A stretch of 64,000 nt of DNA from Nemertoderma westbladi. Its lineage: Eukaryota > Animalia > Xenacoelomorpha. The DNA lies in assembly GCA_032718475.1 (NCBI GenBank), contig JAUCBJ010002167.1:1-64000 (forward strand), read 5' to 3'. The notes beneath the pieces were generated by a model that was given only the letters and a program-made list of their open reading frames with translations, was not told the DNA's origin and ran no database searches. Position 1 is the stretch's first letter. The number at the start of each line of letters is the position of its first letter. A program made the translations under genes and the position numbers. Below, one piece after another: positions 11,355 to 24,600 of the stretch.

Positions 11355-11530
11355 CTGAAATATTATATTGGAAAATATGAGCAGGAAATAATAATTGCAA
11401 CTACTGATAATAATTTCAAAATATTACTATATTTGTTCGTTGGGATTATTATATTTTACTGTTCTCTGAGACTACCTATTAGGGTGGTGCGTTTTTTACT
11501 TTTTTTCGATTTCATTGTACTACCGGTGCA

Positions 11531-12789
11531 CAAAAGTTGCCAAATGGTAAAAAAATAAGGCAATAAAATTTCATTAAATTTCGTCTATATGCCCTAATGA
11601 AATTTATAACAATATAACACATTAATGAAAGATCAAAGACTCAAGAAAGAACTTCCTGCATGCATCAAATGTCATCAAATGGGTCCAAACTTAGTTAGAA
11701 ACCAAAATTTTAAATTTTGGATCAAGGTAAATAGTGCCACAGGCACATGGACAGAACCTACCTTTGAGTTCTTGGCCAACTTTGAGTTATCCTACTGCAT
11801 TAATAGTAAGCTCATTAGAACCGCAATGGCCGATTTAGTGGGAGTAGACACATTCAAAACAAACGTAGAGCGAATAGTTCTTGAGATATCGCAAAAATGT
11901 GAAGTCCGGCACAAGTCTACACTCGCCTTGCCTTGATGCGATATGGAAAATTTGAATTTGAATAATTTGAATAATTTGGATAATTTGAATTATCTCAAGG
12001 AATCAAGAATAGACACATCACTGCAACAAATTGATTTAGTGTATACAGACAGACACCTTCAAAATTAAAGAGTAGTGATTAGTTGACTATAGTTTTTGTA
12101 CAAAATGTGTGGAATGGGTCAACTCAATATCAAGTAGTAATTGGTGGATATATGTAGTCTTGACATTTTATAAAATAACTCAAGAACCAATGAATCTACT
12201 CTTATTTTAAAGGTATCTACACCCACTACATCGATCATTTCTGTGAAGTGTCTTTTCTTGGTTCCTTGAGATAATTCAAAATAAAATTTTTTGAGGATTT
12301 GTCCATATCGCATCAAGGCGGTAACGAAGACTTGTGCCGGACTTCACATTTTCTGCGATATCTCAAGAACTATTCGCTCTACGTTTGTTGTGGAGTTCTC
12401 TACCCCCACTACTGTAAATCGGACATTGCGGTTCTAATGAGCATAATATTAATGCAGTAGGATAATTCAAAGTTGGCCATCGCGACAATTGAGAATTATC
12501 ATCACTTGCGCCAAATGGTAGGTTCTGTCCATGTGCCTGTGGCACTCCCTTGATCCAAAAATTAAAATTTTGTTATCAAACTAAGTTTGGACCCATTTGA
12601 TGACATTTGATGCATGCAGGAAGTTCTTTCTTGGGTCATTGATCTTTCATTAATGTGTTATATTGTTATAAATTTAATTGTGGTGCATCGCGGAGGCTCA
12701 AAATTTCAACCCACTTGGGACTTGGGATAATATCGATGAAATTTAGAGAAATTTTTTTTGCCTTAATTTTTACCATTTGGCAACTTTTG
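11531..12789. mobile_element. Foldback/MITE-like non-autonomous DNA element (long imperfect inverted arms)
   Basis: 11531-~12110 is the imperfect reverse complement of ~12170-12789 (e.g. AAGAAAGAACTTCCTGCATGCATCAAATGTCATCAAATGGGTCCAAACTTAG and its reverse complement). Confidence 0.8.
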
Positions 12790-13751
12790 ATTTTGTTTTA
12801 AATTATTTATCCAATCAACAATCTCGAAGATTTTTCTGTTGATTTCACATTATTAATTTTACGTTGGTAATTATTAATAAATTTAGCATTAAAATGTTTA
12901 GTTGTAGGATCTTTTGAACAAGTGCTAGTTTAATCAAATTTTAGGTTAGATTATTTGATTAACGTTCTGGAATATCACCTTCACTAACATAGTATAGCTA
13001 ATTAATAGTAGCTAGTATTATTTAATTACGCAATGGCGCAGAATTGATATCAAATTTGCGATAACTTTGTTACTTCTAATTCAATAGGGAATATTTTAAA
13101 GAAAGATTAAATGGTAGCTACTGGTGCTCAATGTACCTTCAACTTCCAGTAATTGTATTTAATATAATAATATTCATAATTAATATTAGAATATTCTAAA
13201 TGTGGGTTGATTTTGGGCAAAAAGTCGTTTTTGTCCGCATCTTTGCGGAGAAAAATTAAATTTTTAAAAGAAGACAACACCTTCTACAAAAGGTAACAAT
13301 TTTTTTCTCCTCTTTTTAATACGCATTCTCGAGGAATAGTAGAATTTGCACATTCTACAATTTCGAGTCGGGCGATAAAAAAGTCGGACAAAAAAATATT
13401 ACTTTCTTTTTGTAAAATAAATAGTTTTACATTTACACTGTAAAGAAAGTAAATAATTTCCACTAATGTTAGCGAATGTTTTTCACATAGTAAAATCGCA
13501 ATTGCGGTATTTATTTTATGTGTAATTTATTTATTTGTTTAGTTTAAAAACCACCATAGTTTATAATATAAAGAATCAATTTGTTGGAAATTTTAAATAA
13601 AAATCAGTTGGGTTGGGATAAATTACCTTATTTAGTTGATAACTTCTGTTAATATGTTTCCTCCTATATCGTACCAGCCAAATGATAACAAAACTTATTA
13701 AATTGATTAGACAAATCTCCTTGCACTGGAAACTAAATAAGTAGCAACGTA

Positions 13752-13953
13752 CTACTACTACTACTACTACTAGGATCGGCATGCTGCATTGCAGCTGCAT
13801 TTTTAAGAATGCTGTGCCGGCTTGTCAACAAAATTGCACCGCCACAACTCCCTATCACCCATAACATTTGCTAGATCATCCGCATCTTCAAGGCCAGTGT
13901 CCTTTAAGATGCGTCTCAAGAAAGTCATGGGCTGTCCACCATGCTTGTCCACC
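13752..13953 (-). mobile_element. 5'-truncated RTE-like LINE 3' end
   Basis: (TAG)n tail; 12-bp TSD AGTAGCAACGTA at 13740-13751 and 13954-13965; matches 20227-20410. Confidence 0.9.
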
Positions 13954-14294
13954 AGTAGCAACGTAGAAGAACTACGTATAGTTAAACCTATCGGTAGTCA
14001 TTCGACTAAAGTTTGTTTTCACAAAATTTGGTAAAATTCTCACCATTGTGCATTAATTACATTGTTGATATGTAAAATAATATTGCTAAGGAAAGAAACT
14101 TGAAATTGAAATTATTAATATGGTCGGATGTTTTGAAGCATGGGATTATTATATATTAGGGGGCATCAATATACCCAAAAGTACATACAAAAAATTATGT
14201 GCTTGTCACTTTTATCATAATTTCACCATTTATGTCGCAAAGCCACTTTCAGATTCCCCATTTGGGGCCAGTAATTTTATAGTTGTGGTTAACT

Positions 14295-17200
14295 AATACT
14301 ACTACTACTACTAGGTCGAGCGAACTCTGACAGTGGAAATGAGATCCTTCCAGGCGTCCCGATTCTCCAACTACTACTAGGTCGAGCGAACTCGGACAGT
14401 GGTAATGAGATCCTTCCAGGCTTCCCGATTCTCCATAGTTGTCGCAATTTCGTTTCTCCCAAGTTCAGTATCCCTTTCAAGTTGATCTATATATGTTATG
14501 GCCGGTCGTCCACGGGTACGCTTTCCATCTGTTGGTTGCCAGAAAAGTAGATCTGGTATGATCTCGTCTTTACTTCTCCAGCAGTCCCCAGTGAATCTTT
14601 GTTTTGATAGCATTTATATGCAATACAACCTCCTTAGCAGCCCTCTCCACTTTATTCTCCACCCTTAATGGCTGTCCTCATTGCATACTCCAGTACAATT
14701 ACAAATAGTAATGGTGCTAATGTGTCACCTTCCAGTACGCTAGCCAGAATTGAGAAGAACTCAATATCACCATCTGGTGAGAGTACCTGCGCTTCTGTGT
14801 CACAATATAACAATCCAATACCAGCAACAATTACTTCTGGTATTCCATAAGCTCTTTGGATTACCAGTATTTTACCCCTATGGTTGGAGTGGAATGATTT
14901 ACTCTAGTCCACAAAAGTCAGGACAGCGGGGAGATTCTTTGACTTTATTCCCTCAATCAGTCTCCGTAGCGCAAATATCTGAGCCATTGTTAATCTATTT
15001 GGTCGAAATCCGTTTTGGCTCTTACGCGGCAGTTAATCTATTTGAGGTCTATTTATAGAATCATTTTGTTGTATATTTTGGCAGCTACCACAAGCAGACA
15101 GCCTTTTTTCCCCTTTCAGCATCCGGTTGCAAACATGGTCTGTTTAGCACTCCTATTTTCCATACCTTTGTGTGACGATTTCATCTAAATGCACACGCAT
15201 TATTATTGGACATACTTTTAATGCTTCTATGGAGTTCGGCGGGTGTGAAGTCTCCTGTTTCTATAGGGGACTATATCTTTTGTCATATATTTTCCTTGTA
15301 GAGCTGACCTCGATGTTTGGTGGCTTCCCAAGCAAGTTGCTGAAGTGATCTTTCCATTTCCCAACAACTTTCTTCAGGACTATCAGCTTTAAACCTATTA
15401 GCATCCCCCCTCTAAAATCGACAAATTTTAACGAAAACGTCTGACTTTTTGTTTGTATGGAGATTTCATTAGTCTGAATCCGACCGAAAAAAACAATTTC
15501 GAAAAAATGTGCTGGGGTGGATATATTTCAGCACCAAATGTGAACAAATTTCATAAAATTTGAAAGTTACAATTGTCCGCTAATTTTTTATCAATACAGG
15601 TTTTCTAGAGCGCAAAATCCATTGGAAATTATTTAAAAATAATCGGATTACTATAAATGGCTGATTTAGTCCTCTACGTAGGCAAATAATGAAAAAAACA
15701 AGTAACCAACACTTTTCAGTTTGAACACAAAATATTTAATTCACTTGTACGATGCTATAAATTCACATTTTGAGATTTTCTGGGGCGCTGATTCTAATGG
15801 AATGCATTTCAAATTTGTCATATCATTTCTACTCGTATCATTTCTTCTATTTGGTGCTAGCACCAAATTTCGTACCCATCACCAAAAAGTACAAGTTTGT
15901 ACATGATGGAAGTACATATCCAGTGCTGTTTTTATTGATTCCATTGGATTCAGGACTCTCATAAACCCGAATAACGCAAGAAAAAAAATTATGATTTATT
16001 TTATGATTTCTATTTATCAATTTGCTTATTTTCAAAAATTTGGTGCTGGCACAACAATTTTCACCCTCCGGCGAAAAATACAAGTTTGAAAACTCTTATA
16101 CAATTTTTACTTATTCCATTGAATTCAGAATCCTAACAAACCCGTATAACGCAAGAAACAAGGTGACACAATTAATTGATATATTTGATGGTTTTCAATA
16201 TTTGGAGCTAGCACCAAATTTTGCACCCACTTCCGAAAAATACAAGTTTGAGATGTCTAGCTGGATAATTATTTATTCCTTTGAATTCAGAACCGCCATA
16301 AACCTCTAAAACACGAGAAATAAGTTGTTAAAGCAATTGAACTACTGAATGGATTCTCAAAAATCTTTGCTAAAAATTTTGCTGGTCCACCAAATTTTGC
16401 ACACAGTAACGAAAAATGCAAGTTTGATACGCGTTGTGCAACTCGTATATATTTCATCGAAAGCAAAACCCCAAAAAACCCATATTGCGCAAAAAACAGG
16501 TTCAAATAATCAATTTACAAAATTGACATATTCCAAAATTTGGTGCTGGCACCAAAATTTGGAACACGCCGAAAAAAGCAAGTTTGAAATTTCCAAATTA
16601 ATTTATATGAATTCCATCTAATTGCAAACACCAAACAACTGGAGTAAATTAATAATAGAGATGTTCAAATGATATCTCATGAAATGTAATTTTCAAAAAA
16701 CACCTCAAAAAAGTGCCAAAAGTAGGGTTAAAAATAAAAAAAATAGTGCTATAACTCGAAAACTACTCAATATTTTTGAAAACCGTTTTCACTATGAGGA
16801 AGACAATAGATTTTTAGGAAAAGTCATAAAATTTCAGATTCCCAACTGCGTTTGTTTCAGAGTTACAACAAAAAAACCACCTCGGGGTCATATTGACCCC
16901 CCCCCCCCCCCCGGGTTTAATAGGGTTAAGGCACCAGCGTTCCGATCAGATACCTCATTTACAATTTTTTTGTCCTGTATGTTCTTCTCATGGCTGATGT
17001 TGTGGGACAATTTAAGATCTTCCTTAGCTTTCTCAACCTTGTTGATGTTTTCGGTTGTTACTGTAGTTGTTCGATTTTTGCTTTCTAGGCTATCTTAAGA
17101 TCTTCTCTCTTACAAGTAACCTCAGAGTCTTGTCATGGTCAAACTGTTTTCGTTTGGTTATCTGGGAAATATGCCTCTTGGCTGATTCCTTGTGGGATTT

Positions 17201-17310
17201 TATTATATTCTGGTATATTGAATGCAGACGATACTGCAATATCATGAAAGACGTTAATATGGTTAAAAAGCACAGGCCCATTGGACGGATACTTAATTAT
17301 CGTTAAGAAA
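14295..17310 (-). mobile_element. Second RTE-like LINE family copy, degenerate, interrupted by a TTAA element; 3' end tandemly duplicated
   Basis: RFTGDCWRSK..LLFWQP..RGRPAITYIDQL C-terminus; GDTLAPLLFVIVLEYAMR RT remnant; (TAG)n tail present twice; the sequence resumes at 16930 after the insertion. Confidence 0.8.
15393..16925. mobile_element. Non-autonomous TTAA-specific (piggyBac-like) DNA element with internal subrepeats
   Basis: TTAA at 15389-15392 and 16926-16929; ends (A)CCTATTA...TAATAGGG; splits the RTE copy; many CCAGCACCAAATTT-type internal repeats in both orientations. Confidence 0.7.
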
Positions 17311-17343
17311 TGTGGAATCTTGCAATATTATAAATTTACAAAC

Positions 17344-17559
17344 CAAAGACCACGTAACTATCGATAGGACAAGTTTCAGAGCGTTCTATCCCTGTACAAG
17401 GTAATCCCCATCTCCTTTTGGTGCATTTTTTCCATCGGCGATGTTGTAGAATAGAAGCTGTGGGGAGGTCGGAGACCGGATTTGGTGGAGGGAGGTCAGA
17501 AACAGGAAGATGACAAATATTTGACCAATCAGTGGTCCACTCAGTCCACTCTCCGTCAC
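17344..17559 (-). CDS. Host exon: thrombospondin type-1-like domain (phase 1-1)
   Basis: Frame not shown in the ORF track: DGEWTEWTTDWSNIC...QHRRWKKCTKRRWGLPCTGIERSETCP; ttacAG acceptor, GTTTGT donor, 216 bp with no stop; phase-compatible with the EGF exon. Confidence 0.8.
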
Positions 17560-17711
17560 CTGTAATATATAATTTTGTTTATGCTCGAGAAACAATCTAA
17601 GTTATCGGAGTCGCAAGGGGATGTAGCAATTTAAGACAGAATTTACTTAAGTTCCTGGGTTAAACTTTAATGGTGTCTTTTAAATTTTTTTTGCTTTGGC
17701 AAAAATTAATC

Positions 17712-18215
17712 TGAACCCTATTAGTCATATTACTCATCAACCATATTAGTACCGATACCGGGCTATAAAATGTATACCCGGAGGGGGTCATATTGACCAT
17801 TTTTTATATATAGGTTTTCTGGAGCGCTGAATCCATTGTCAGTTTGATCAATACACATTTAATTTACTTATAACATGCTATAAATGCAATTGTTATGTTT
17901 TCTGGGGCGCAGATACTAATGGTATACATTTATAATGCTCCAGATCATTGCTACTCGTATTTTTCTGCGAAATATGACAAATTTCGGTACCCACAAAATT
18001 TCGCACCCACTTCCTAAAATTACAAGTATATGATTTCCAGTGCCATTTTTATATATTTAATAAATTGGATCCAGTACCACCATAAACCCGGAAAACGCAA
18101 GAAACAAGATGATACTACAGTATCTATTGAACAATTTGCCTGTTTTCAAAACTTGGTGCTGGTACAAATCATGGGGTGATTTTGACACCCCCCCCCCCCC
18201 CCCCCCCCCCCCTGT
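17712..18215. mobile_element. Fragment related to the TTAA element family
   Basis: Shares CCCTATTA, GGGGTCATATTGACC, CATAAACCCG and poly-C motifs with 15393-16925. Confidence 0.55.
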
Positions 18216-18504
18216 TAACAAATTATATGACAATTAAATTTTGAACCCTAACCTTATTGCAATATATTCCATAAAATAATACATACATAACCACACCACG
18301 TTAACCTACTCACGTGTTTTCCCTTCCATACCGCAGATATATCTTTCAATTTCTGCAAATTCCAAAGTATCAAGATCTTCGATTTCTCGGCATTTGCACT
18401 AAGAAAACAAATATTAAATCAAATATTATGGATGAGGGGGAGGTTGAGGTCTGCAGCCAATCTGTCATCAGGTATGTCTTAAACTCATAAACAAGTAACA
18501 AGTA

Positions 18505-19476
18505 TTATGGGGCGTCCTCCAGGGAGACACACTTGCACCATTCTTGTTCATAATTGCGGTTGACTATGTTCTACGCATGTCCTTAGATCATCATAATGAT
18601 GATGGGGTGATGGTAACTCCACCTACTGGCTCCAGTAGTCGAGGAAATCCTGCCAAGTACCTAACTGATCTAGACTTTGCTGATGACCTAGGAGTACTGT
18701 CAGAATCAGGGAGCCCAACGGCTCCTCAGCTCATTAGAACTGGCTGCTTCTAGTGTTGGTCTTTTTATTAACTCCAAAAAGACCAAAATTTTGACAGTTA
18801 ACTTTGAAAGTCCTCAGCAAGTCTCGGACCGGATGAGCATAATCTCAAAGGATGGTATGCTTGAGCATGTGGACTCCTTCTGTTACCTGGGATCATGGAT
18901 CCGGAAGTCAGGTGAGGACCTTCGAATACGTAAGGGAAAGGCATGGGCAGCCTTGAATAGGCTTTCCAGGATTTGGAACTCACCGAGAATTAATCGGAAA
19001 CTTATTTAGAGCAGCAGTAGTTCCAGTACTCCTCTATGGGAGTCCATTCTGGGCTTTAACTGCTGAGGACTCCAAATCTCTGGATGGCACATTCACAAGA
19101 ATGCTACGCGGGTTCATTGTGTCAAGTACAATGCACACATCTCCAACCAGACACTATATAACATTGGAGGTGTCTCATTGGTTCCCCCAAGAATGTCACT
19201 AGAACAAAGTCGCCACCGCTTTTTGCAGGACATTGCTTACGCCGTGAGGACAAGCCAGTGCATATTCTTATGCTTGGCAGCCTCATGGAGTGAATAAGCA
19301 TGGTGGACAGCCCATGACTTTCTTGAGACGCATCTTAAAGGACACTGGCCTTGAAGATGTGGATGATCTAGCAAATGTCATGGGTGATAGGCAGTTGTGG
19401 TGGTACAATTTTGTCGGCAAGCCGGCACAGCATTCTTGAAAATGCAGCTGCAATGCAGCATGCTGATCCTAGTAGT
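18505..19476 (+). mobile_element. 5'-truncated RTE-like LINE copy
   Basis: LTDLDFADDL RT motif, FCYLGSWI, ends in GATCCTAGTAGT; closely matches 20227-21299 in the opposite orientation. Confidence 0.9.
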
Positions 19477-20153
19477 AAACACATAAGGGATGACGTACAC
19501 TGAACTCTTAATTTTTTGGTAAAACCAGTGGGTTGACATAGTTCAAGGTCATATTTAAGAAGGCATAATGCAGAAACACCAATATTGTTATTTTTATTAA
19601 TCACTGCACTGCAAGTCAAAATCAATATTTGTCTTCTTGTTAATAACCGAAAGACCAACATTGGGGGTAGCTTCTTCCCAGTTATTTAATAAATAAGAAC
19701 TACCTAAAATATCTCTGACATCATATAGTGTTGACATCTCAAGTCAAAATCTGTAACTTGATTTGCTGGGGATAAATGTCTTCTGCTATGAGATTTAAAT
19801 TTTGGATTGTGCTAATGTGTAACTCTGAATGACAAACTACATAACATGAAATTAGTCTGTCCCAAAATCACTAGAGACTGCTGAAAAACCTCAAGATGCT
19901 CTTAAAAGATCAGATCAAGATCAGATGTATTCCAATTTATGGTCCAAAACAATAAAGGTTTTGGAGGGACCGGTAATTTAGCTTTTAATTACTCTGGAGC
20001 ATATCCTTACATTCGTATGAGGTATGATAATGATATACCCTCTAAGTTTCTCATTTCGTCCAGAATGCGCTGATTTACCCCCAAGGGATTTTTCTTTCTC
20101 TTCCATGATTTAAGGGGATACTTTCGAAGGTGTTATAAACTGCAGCTACTAAC

Positions 20154-21372
20154 TGGTCCTGTGTCCCTAACACTATGAGGTACTCTGGCTACTCTCCACT
20201 GTGTACGTAGTTTCTCATCATGGACCCACTACTACTAGGATCGGCATGCTGCATTGTAGCTGCATTTTTAAGAATGCTGTGCCGGCTTATCGACAAAATT
20301 GCACAGCCACAACTCCCTATCACCCATGACATTTGCTAGATCATCCGCATCTTCAAGGCCAGTGTCCTTTAAGATGCGTCTCAAGAAAGTCATGGGCTGT
20401 CCACCATGCTTATTCACTCCATGAGGCTACAAAGTACAAGATTATGCACTGGCTGGTCCTCACGGCGAAAGCAATGTCCTGCAAAGCGGAGGCGATTTTG
20501 TTCTAGTGTCAAGCTTGGGGGAACCAATGAGACACCTCCAATGTTATATAGTGTCTGGTTGGAGATGTGTGCATTGTACTTGACACAATGAACCCGGCGT
20601 AGCATTCTTGTGAATGTGCCATCCAGAGATTTGGTGTCCTCAGCAGTTAGAGCCCAGCATGGACTCCCATAGAGGAGTACTGGAACTACTGCTGCTCTAA
20701 ATAACCGGACCTTAAGTTTCCGATTAATTCTCGGTGACTTCCAAATCCTGGAAAGCCTATTCAAGGCTGCCCATGCCTTTCCCTTACTATTCGAAGGTCC
20801 TCATCTGCCTCCCGGATCCATGATCCCAGGTAACAGAAGTCATCCACATGCTCAAGCATACCATCTTTTGAGCTTATGCTCATCCGATCAGAGACTTGCT
20901 GAGGACTTTCAAAGTTAACTGTCAAAATTTTGGTCTTTCTGGAGATAATAAAAAGATCAACACTAGAAGCAGCATGTTCTAATGAGCTGAGGAGCCGTTG
21001 GGAGCCCTCTAGTGATTCTGAGAGTACTCCTAAGTCATCAGCAAAGTCTAGATCAGTTAAGTACTTGGCAGGATTTCCTCGACTTCTGGAGCCAGTAGGT
21101 GGAGTTATCATCACCCCATCATCATTATGATGATCTAAGGGCATGCGTAGAACATAGTCAACAACAATTATGAACAAGAATGGTGCAAGTGTGTCTCCCT
21201 GGAGGACGCCCCATAACACTTCAAATGGTTCTGTGTCACCATCAACAGGAGACACTAATGTTGTCGAACCATCGTATACTGATCTGATTGCTGCAATTCC
21301 ATCATGGACCAATAATGGGTTTGCAAGACTTTTGAAGCCTCTTGATTGAACGAAGGCTAAATCTTGTAATGT
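20154..21372 (-). pseudogene. Putative host exon 3 interrupted by the RTE insertion
   Basis: ttgtAG acceptor before 21372 in phase 0 with exon 2; removing the LINE and one TSD copy gives an open TLQDLAFVQSRGFKSLANPLLVHDEKLRTQWRVARVPHSVRDTGP up to a GTTAGT donor. Confidence 0.4.
20227..21299 (-). mobile_element. 5'-truncated RTE-like LINE copy with TSD
   Basis: GVLQGDTLAP and DFADD motifs; (TAG)n tail; 11-bp TSD CATCATGGACC at 20216-20226 and 21300-21310. Confidence 0.93.
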
Positions 21373-21458
21373 CTACAATAAGGTAATAATAACTGCAAAA
21401 TTCATTTCAAGACTTATCTAATGATTGCCCCATCATCAATGGTTACCAGAATACTTAC

Positions 21459-21681
21459 TGGAATATTGGGGTCAGGATTACTTCCATCAATGGTTATCAA
21501 ACTAGCATGTTGGTCATAATTGTCGCTTACTGCCATATAGTCGTAAACTGCCGATGACTTGAGATCTGATTCTGCCACATCCTCCGCATACTTGCTGTTT
21601 AACTGGCACGAATATGTCCTTATACCATCCTCCACAGGGCTATCAATTTTCCGATAGTTAATAGATTTGCAGTTGGAATTC
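21459..21681 (-). CDS. Host exon 2: C-terminal half of a PAN/Apple domain
   Basis: tttcAG acceptor; NSNCKSINY...SCQLNSKY...L..SAVYDY is the PAN consensus; GTAAGT donor (alternative GTAAGC donor after YDYMA). Confidence 0.8.
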
Positions 21682-22139
21682 CTGAAACAAAATTTAGGGA
21701 ATCGTACAATTGAGGAATCCTACTGTAACCATAGATACAGTACTTACTCCCCTTGTACGTGGGACAGAATATGTACCCATTAACATTTATACATACACGT
21801 ATCGCTGGTATGACGCATCGCTGGTCAGGCCCATAACTCAACACTTCCTCGCTTCGTGATCAGATGTAGACCTAATTAATCTTCATTGTCGTCAGCGGTG
21901 TCTTTCAGCAGAAGTTCCGGAAATGACAGACAGCAGCAGATGACCACCACAATTTATCTTTCCAGCCAGCTGACATACACAGATGATCAGTTCTATGATA
22001 ACCGCTATGGAAATGGCCGGCCAAACTCACACGTAATGCCAGCAGGGTGGAATTGGGTTTTGGAAATTTGTTAAAGCTTCTGCGGCCTAAAATGCACATT
22101 TTAGTAGCAATAAGCTAGTCTACTCCAAACTTTTTAAAA

Positions 22140-24600
22140 CTTAGTAGGAACTTGGAAAAACTTAGTAAATTTGCTAAGTCCACCAAACCCACATGCCCCA
22201 ATGTGTTTGATTCCAGTATTTTGTGGACAAGTACACAGCCCCCTTCTTAATCCTATCCGGATATGGCCCAGACGCCAGCAAGGATATTTCTCAGTATGAT
22301 AACTTCCAGGGAAGGTTAGAAGGATTTTTGCTTTCACACTCAGATTGTATCCCATTTGTATTGGCCGATACAAACGCAGACATTGGCTCATCACAGGGTA
22401 ATCGTTTTGGCCGAATAGAAGCTACTCAACGCGGCATGAAATTAGTTAACTTTCTAAATGGAAATGGTTTAAAATGTATGGATACTTTTGCTCCTTTGTT
22501 TGCTGGACCAGTAGTAACATTTAGCTGCCAAGGGAAATCATAATTATACATTATTACCTCCCCACTTGGTGAAGCGTTAATAAATAATGGGCGTGTGCTG
22601 GATTCTAATGATTCGATACCTGCCAATCTTTTGGATAACAATGCGCTATTGGTCAACTTGGCTTTAAAAGGTTTACAATCCCACGAGGCTGGTAGTGGTA
22701 TGTGCTCTACAGCTAGAGGTACCAGTAAAGTTACTAAGAATATTTGTTTAATCAGGTTCGCATGGAACAGAGCTACTCACGAAAATATTATCAATTATCA
22801 GACGCAAATTGAAAATGACTCCAAGTCAATTCTCAAGTTATTGGAAAATGATGATGGAATAAATTTATTTGCTGATCGCCTGGAAGAAATAATATATACA
22901 TCTGCAGTTCAACACCTCCCTATAATAAAACCAGTAAAAAAGACGAAGAACTTGCGGATCAGATCTAAGTTATTGCACCTGCGTTCCAAATTAGTTCGCC
23001 AGTTATACAACGAATTGTTAAAGGAAGGGAAAGCTACGGATTGCGGAATTGGCCTACAATATAAAGAATCAAGACGAAGTGTTAGGTGGCTGAAAAACTG
23101 GATCACTATAAACCACGTCTCCCGGTCTGTACATGTCGCTCTGTCGCAATTAAATCGAACCCTAAAACCTTCTGGAGAAAGATTAATCCAATTGCACCTT
23201 TAGATCCACCCACATCTGTTAAAAAAATACGGAAGAATATGGAAGATACGAAACAAGGGTATAATAGTAGGATACCTAAACTTGATGATGTCATTGAAAT
23301 TCTCATAAATTAATGTGAAAGCAACAATTTTACTCCACCCACCGTTACCATTCATGTAGTACAGCTATGCCTATGCCAGCTAGACATTTCTTCGGCCTTT
23401 CAAAATGTCCAATACAACTTGCTTATTACTAAGATGCAAAGTTTCGTTAATCCTTTTATTTGTATTGTTCTCGCCGATTATTACCGCAAGACAGTAGCTT
23501 TTCTCGAGTTTGGAAAACAGCTACACTGCGAGAGGATACCGGTACATCAGGGTCTAAAGCAGGGATCACTCCTAACGCCCATTATCTTCCTTGTAATACG
23601 GAAGATGTCATCCGTGAGCTGGTAATGAGAGGATTTGGACCAAGATTAGAAATGTTGTGGTTACATGATTTTTGTTACGCTTACGATAACATGCTCCTAG
23701 CTGAATCCGTGGAAGGATTAGAATGTCTGATAACTATAGTGAATTCTGAGCTGTCAAAACTAAACCTTAATATTGAACCTTCTAAAACAAAATGGTGCTA
23801 TATTCCTGGGTGTAAAATAGAATAATTCTGGTGTTCCGACATTTATTAACAAAAATGGAACTTTGGTAAACCCTAGTTCCATGCTGACGTTTTTTGGTGT
23901 GAAAGTTTATTCCAAACATAGCGATGTTAGTGGCGATTGCACTAGATTCCTCCTTGTAATGGCTGAAACTTTTCGACGAAAACGCTGGACAAAACAGTGG
24001 GTATGAGACCTTGGGTATACTGTGGAGCTCTATATAGCATTACCCTCGATCATGTGCAAGATTCGTTTTGCTGCAGGTTTACTCACCCAATCCGAACTGG
24101 TCAAACTGGACACTTTGTATCGCAAGGTTTTGCGCAGTCTCTTGCACCTGGGAACATACGCATCAAACCTCGTAATATACACATTATTAAACTGTAAACC
24201 ATTACCTACGGAAATTTATCTGGCTAACCTCCGCACTATACTTCGGTAGAGAAACTGTCCTAATATACTAACATCCTATTTCGCGCATTGCTTCAAACCT
24301 CGAAGGAGAACTGTCCCGGTCTAATACCTCTATATATAAAAGCCAACAAAAACTTCAACCTACCAAGCACGATCAGTCTATCCTTAGTAAGCTCTGAGTA
24401 TAGCAAAGGTAGTTTGAAATCTCGTTACTGCTTATGTGTACCTACAGAGAAGGATAGAATGGAAAGTCCAGTTTATCAGTGACGTGTTGAATAGAGTGGG
24501 ATCCTGTAAACTTGTAATACGCCGCGAAAGAATAAAGCAGTATTTAAATATATTTTAATTGCAATTTATTGCCTGTTACGATGTTCACTGACTTATATAC
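22140..24600 (+). mobile_element. Old degenerate non-LTR retrotransposon (APE endonuclease + RT remnants)
   Basis: ADTNADIG..RGMKLVNFL endonuclease-like piece; LDISSAF, QGLKQGSLLTPIIF and CYAYD RT remnants with many frameshifts. Confidence 0.65.

Noticed and set aside
15393-16925. Short ORFs in the TTAA element as a transposase
   Set aside because: Low-complexity AT-rich translations with no catalytic motifs
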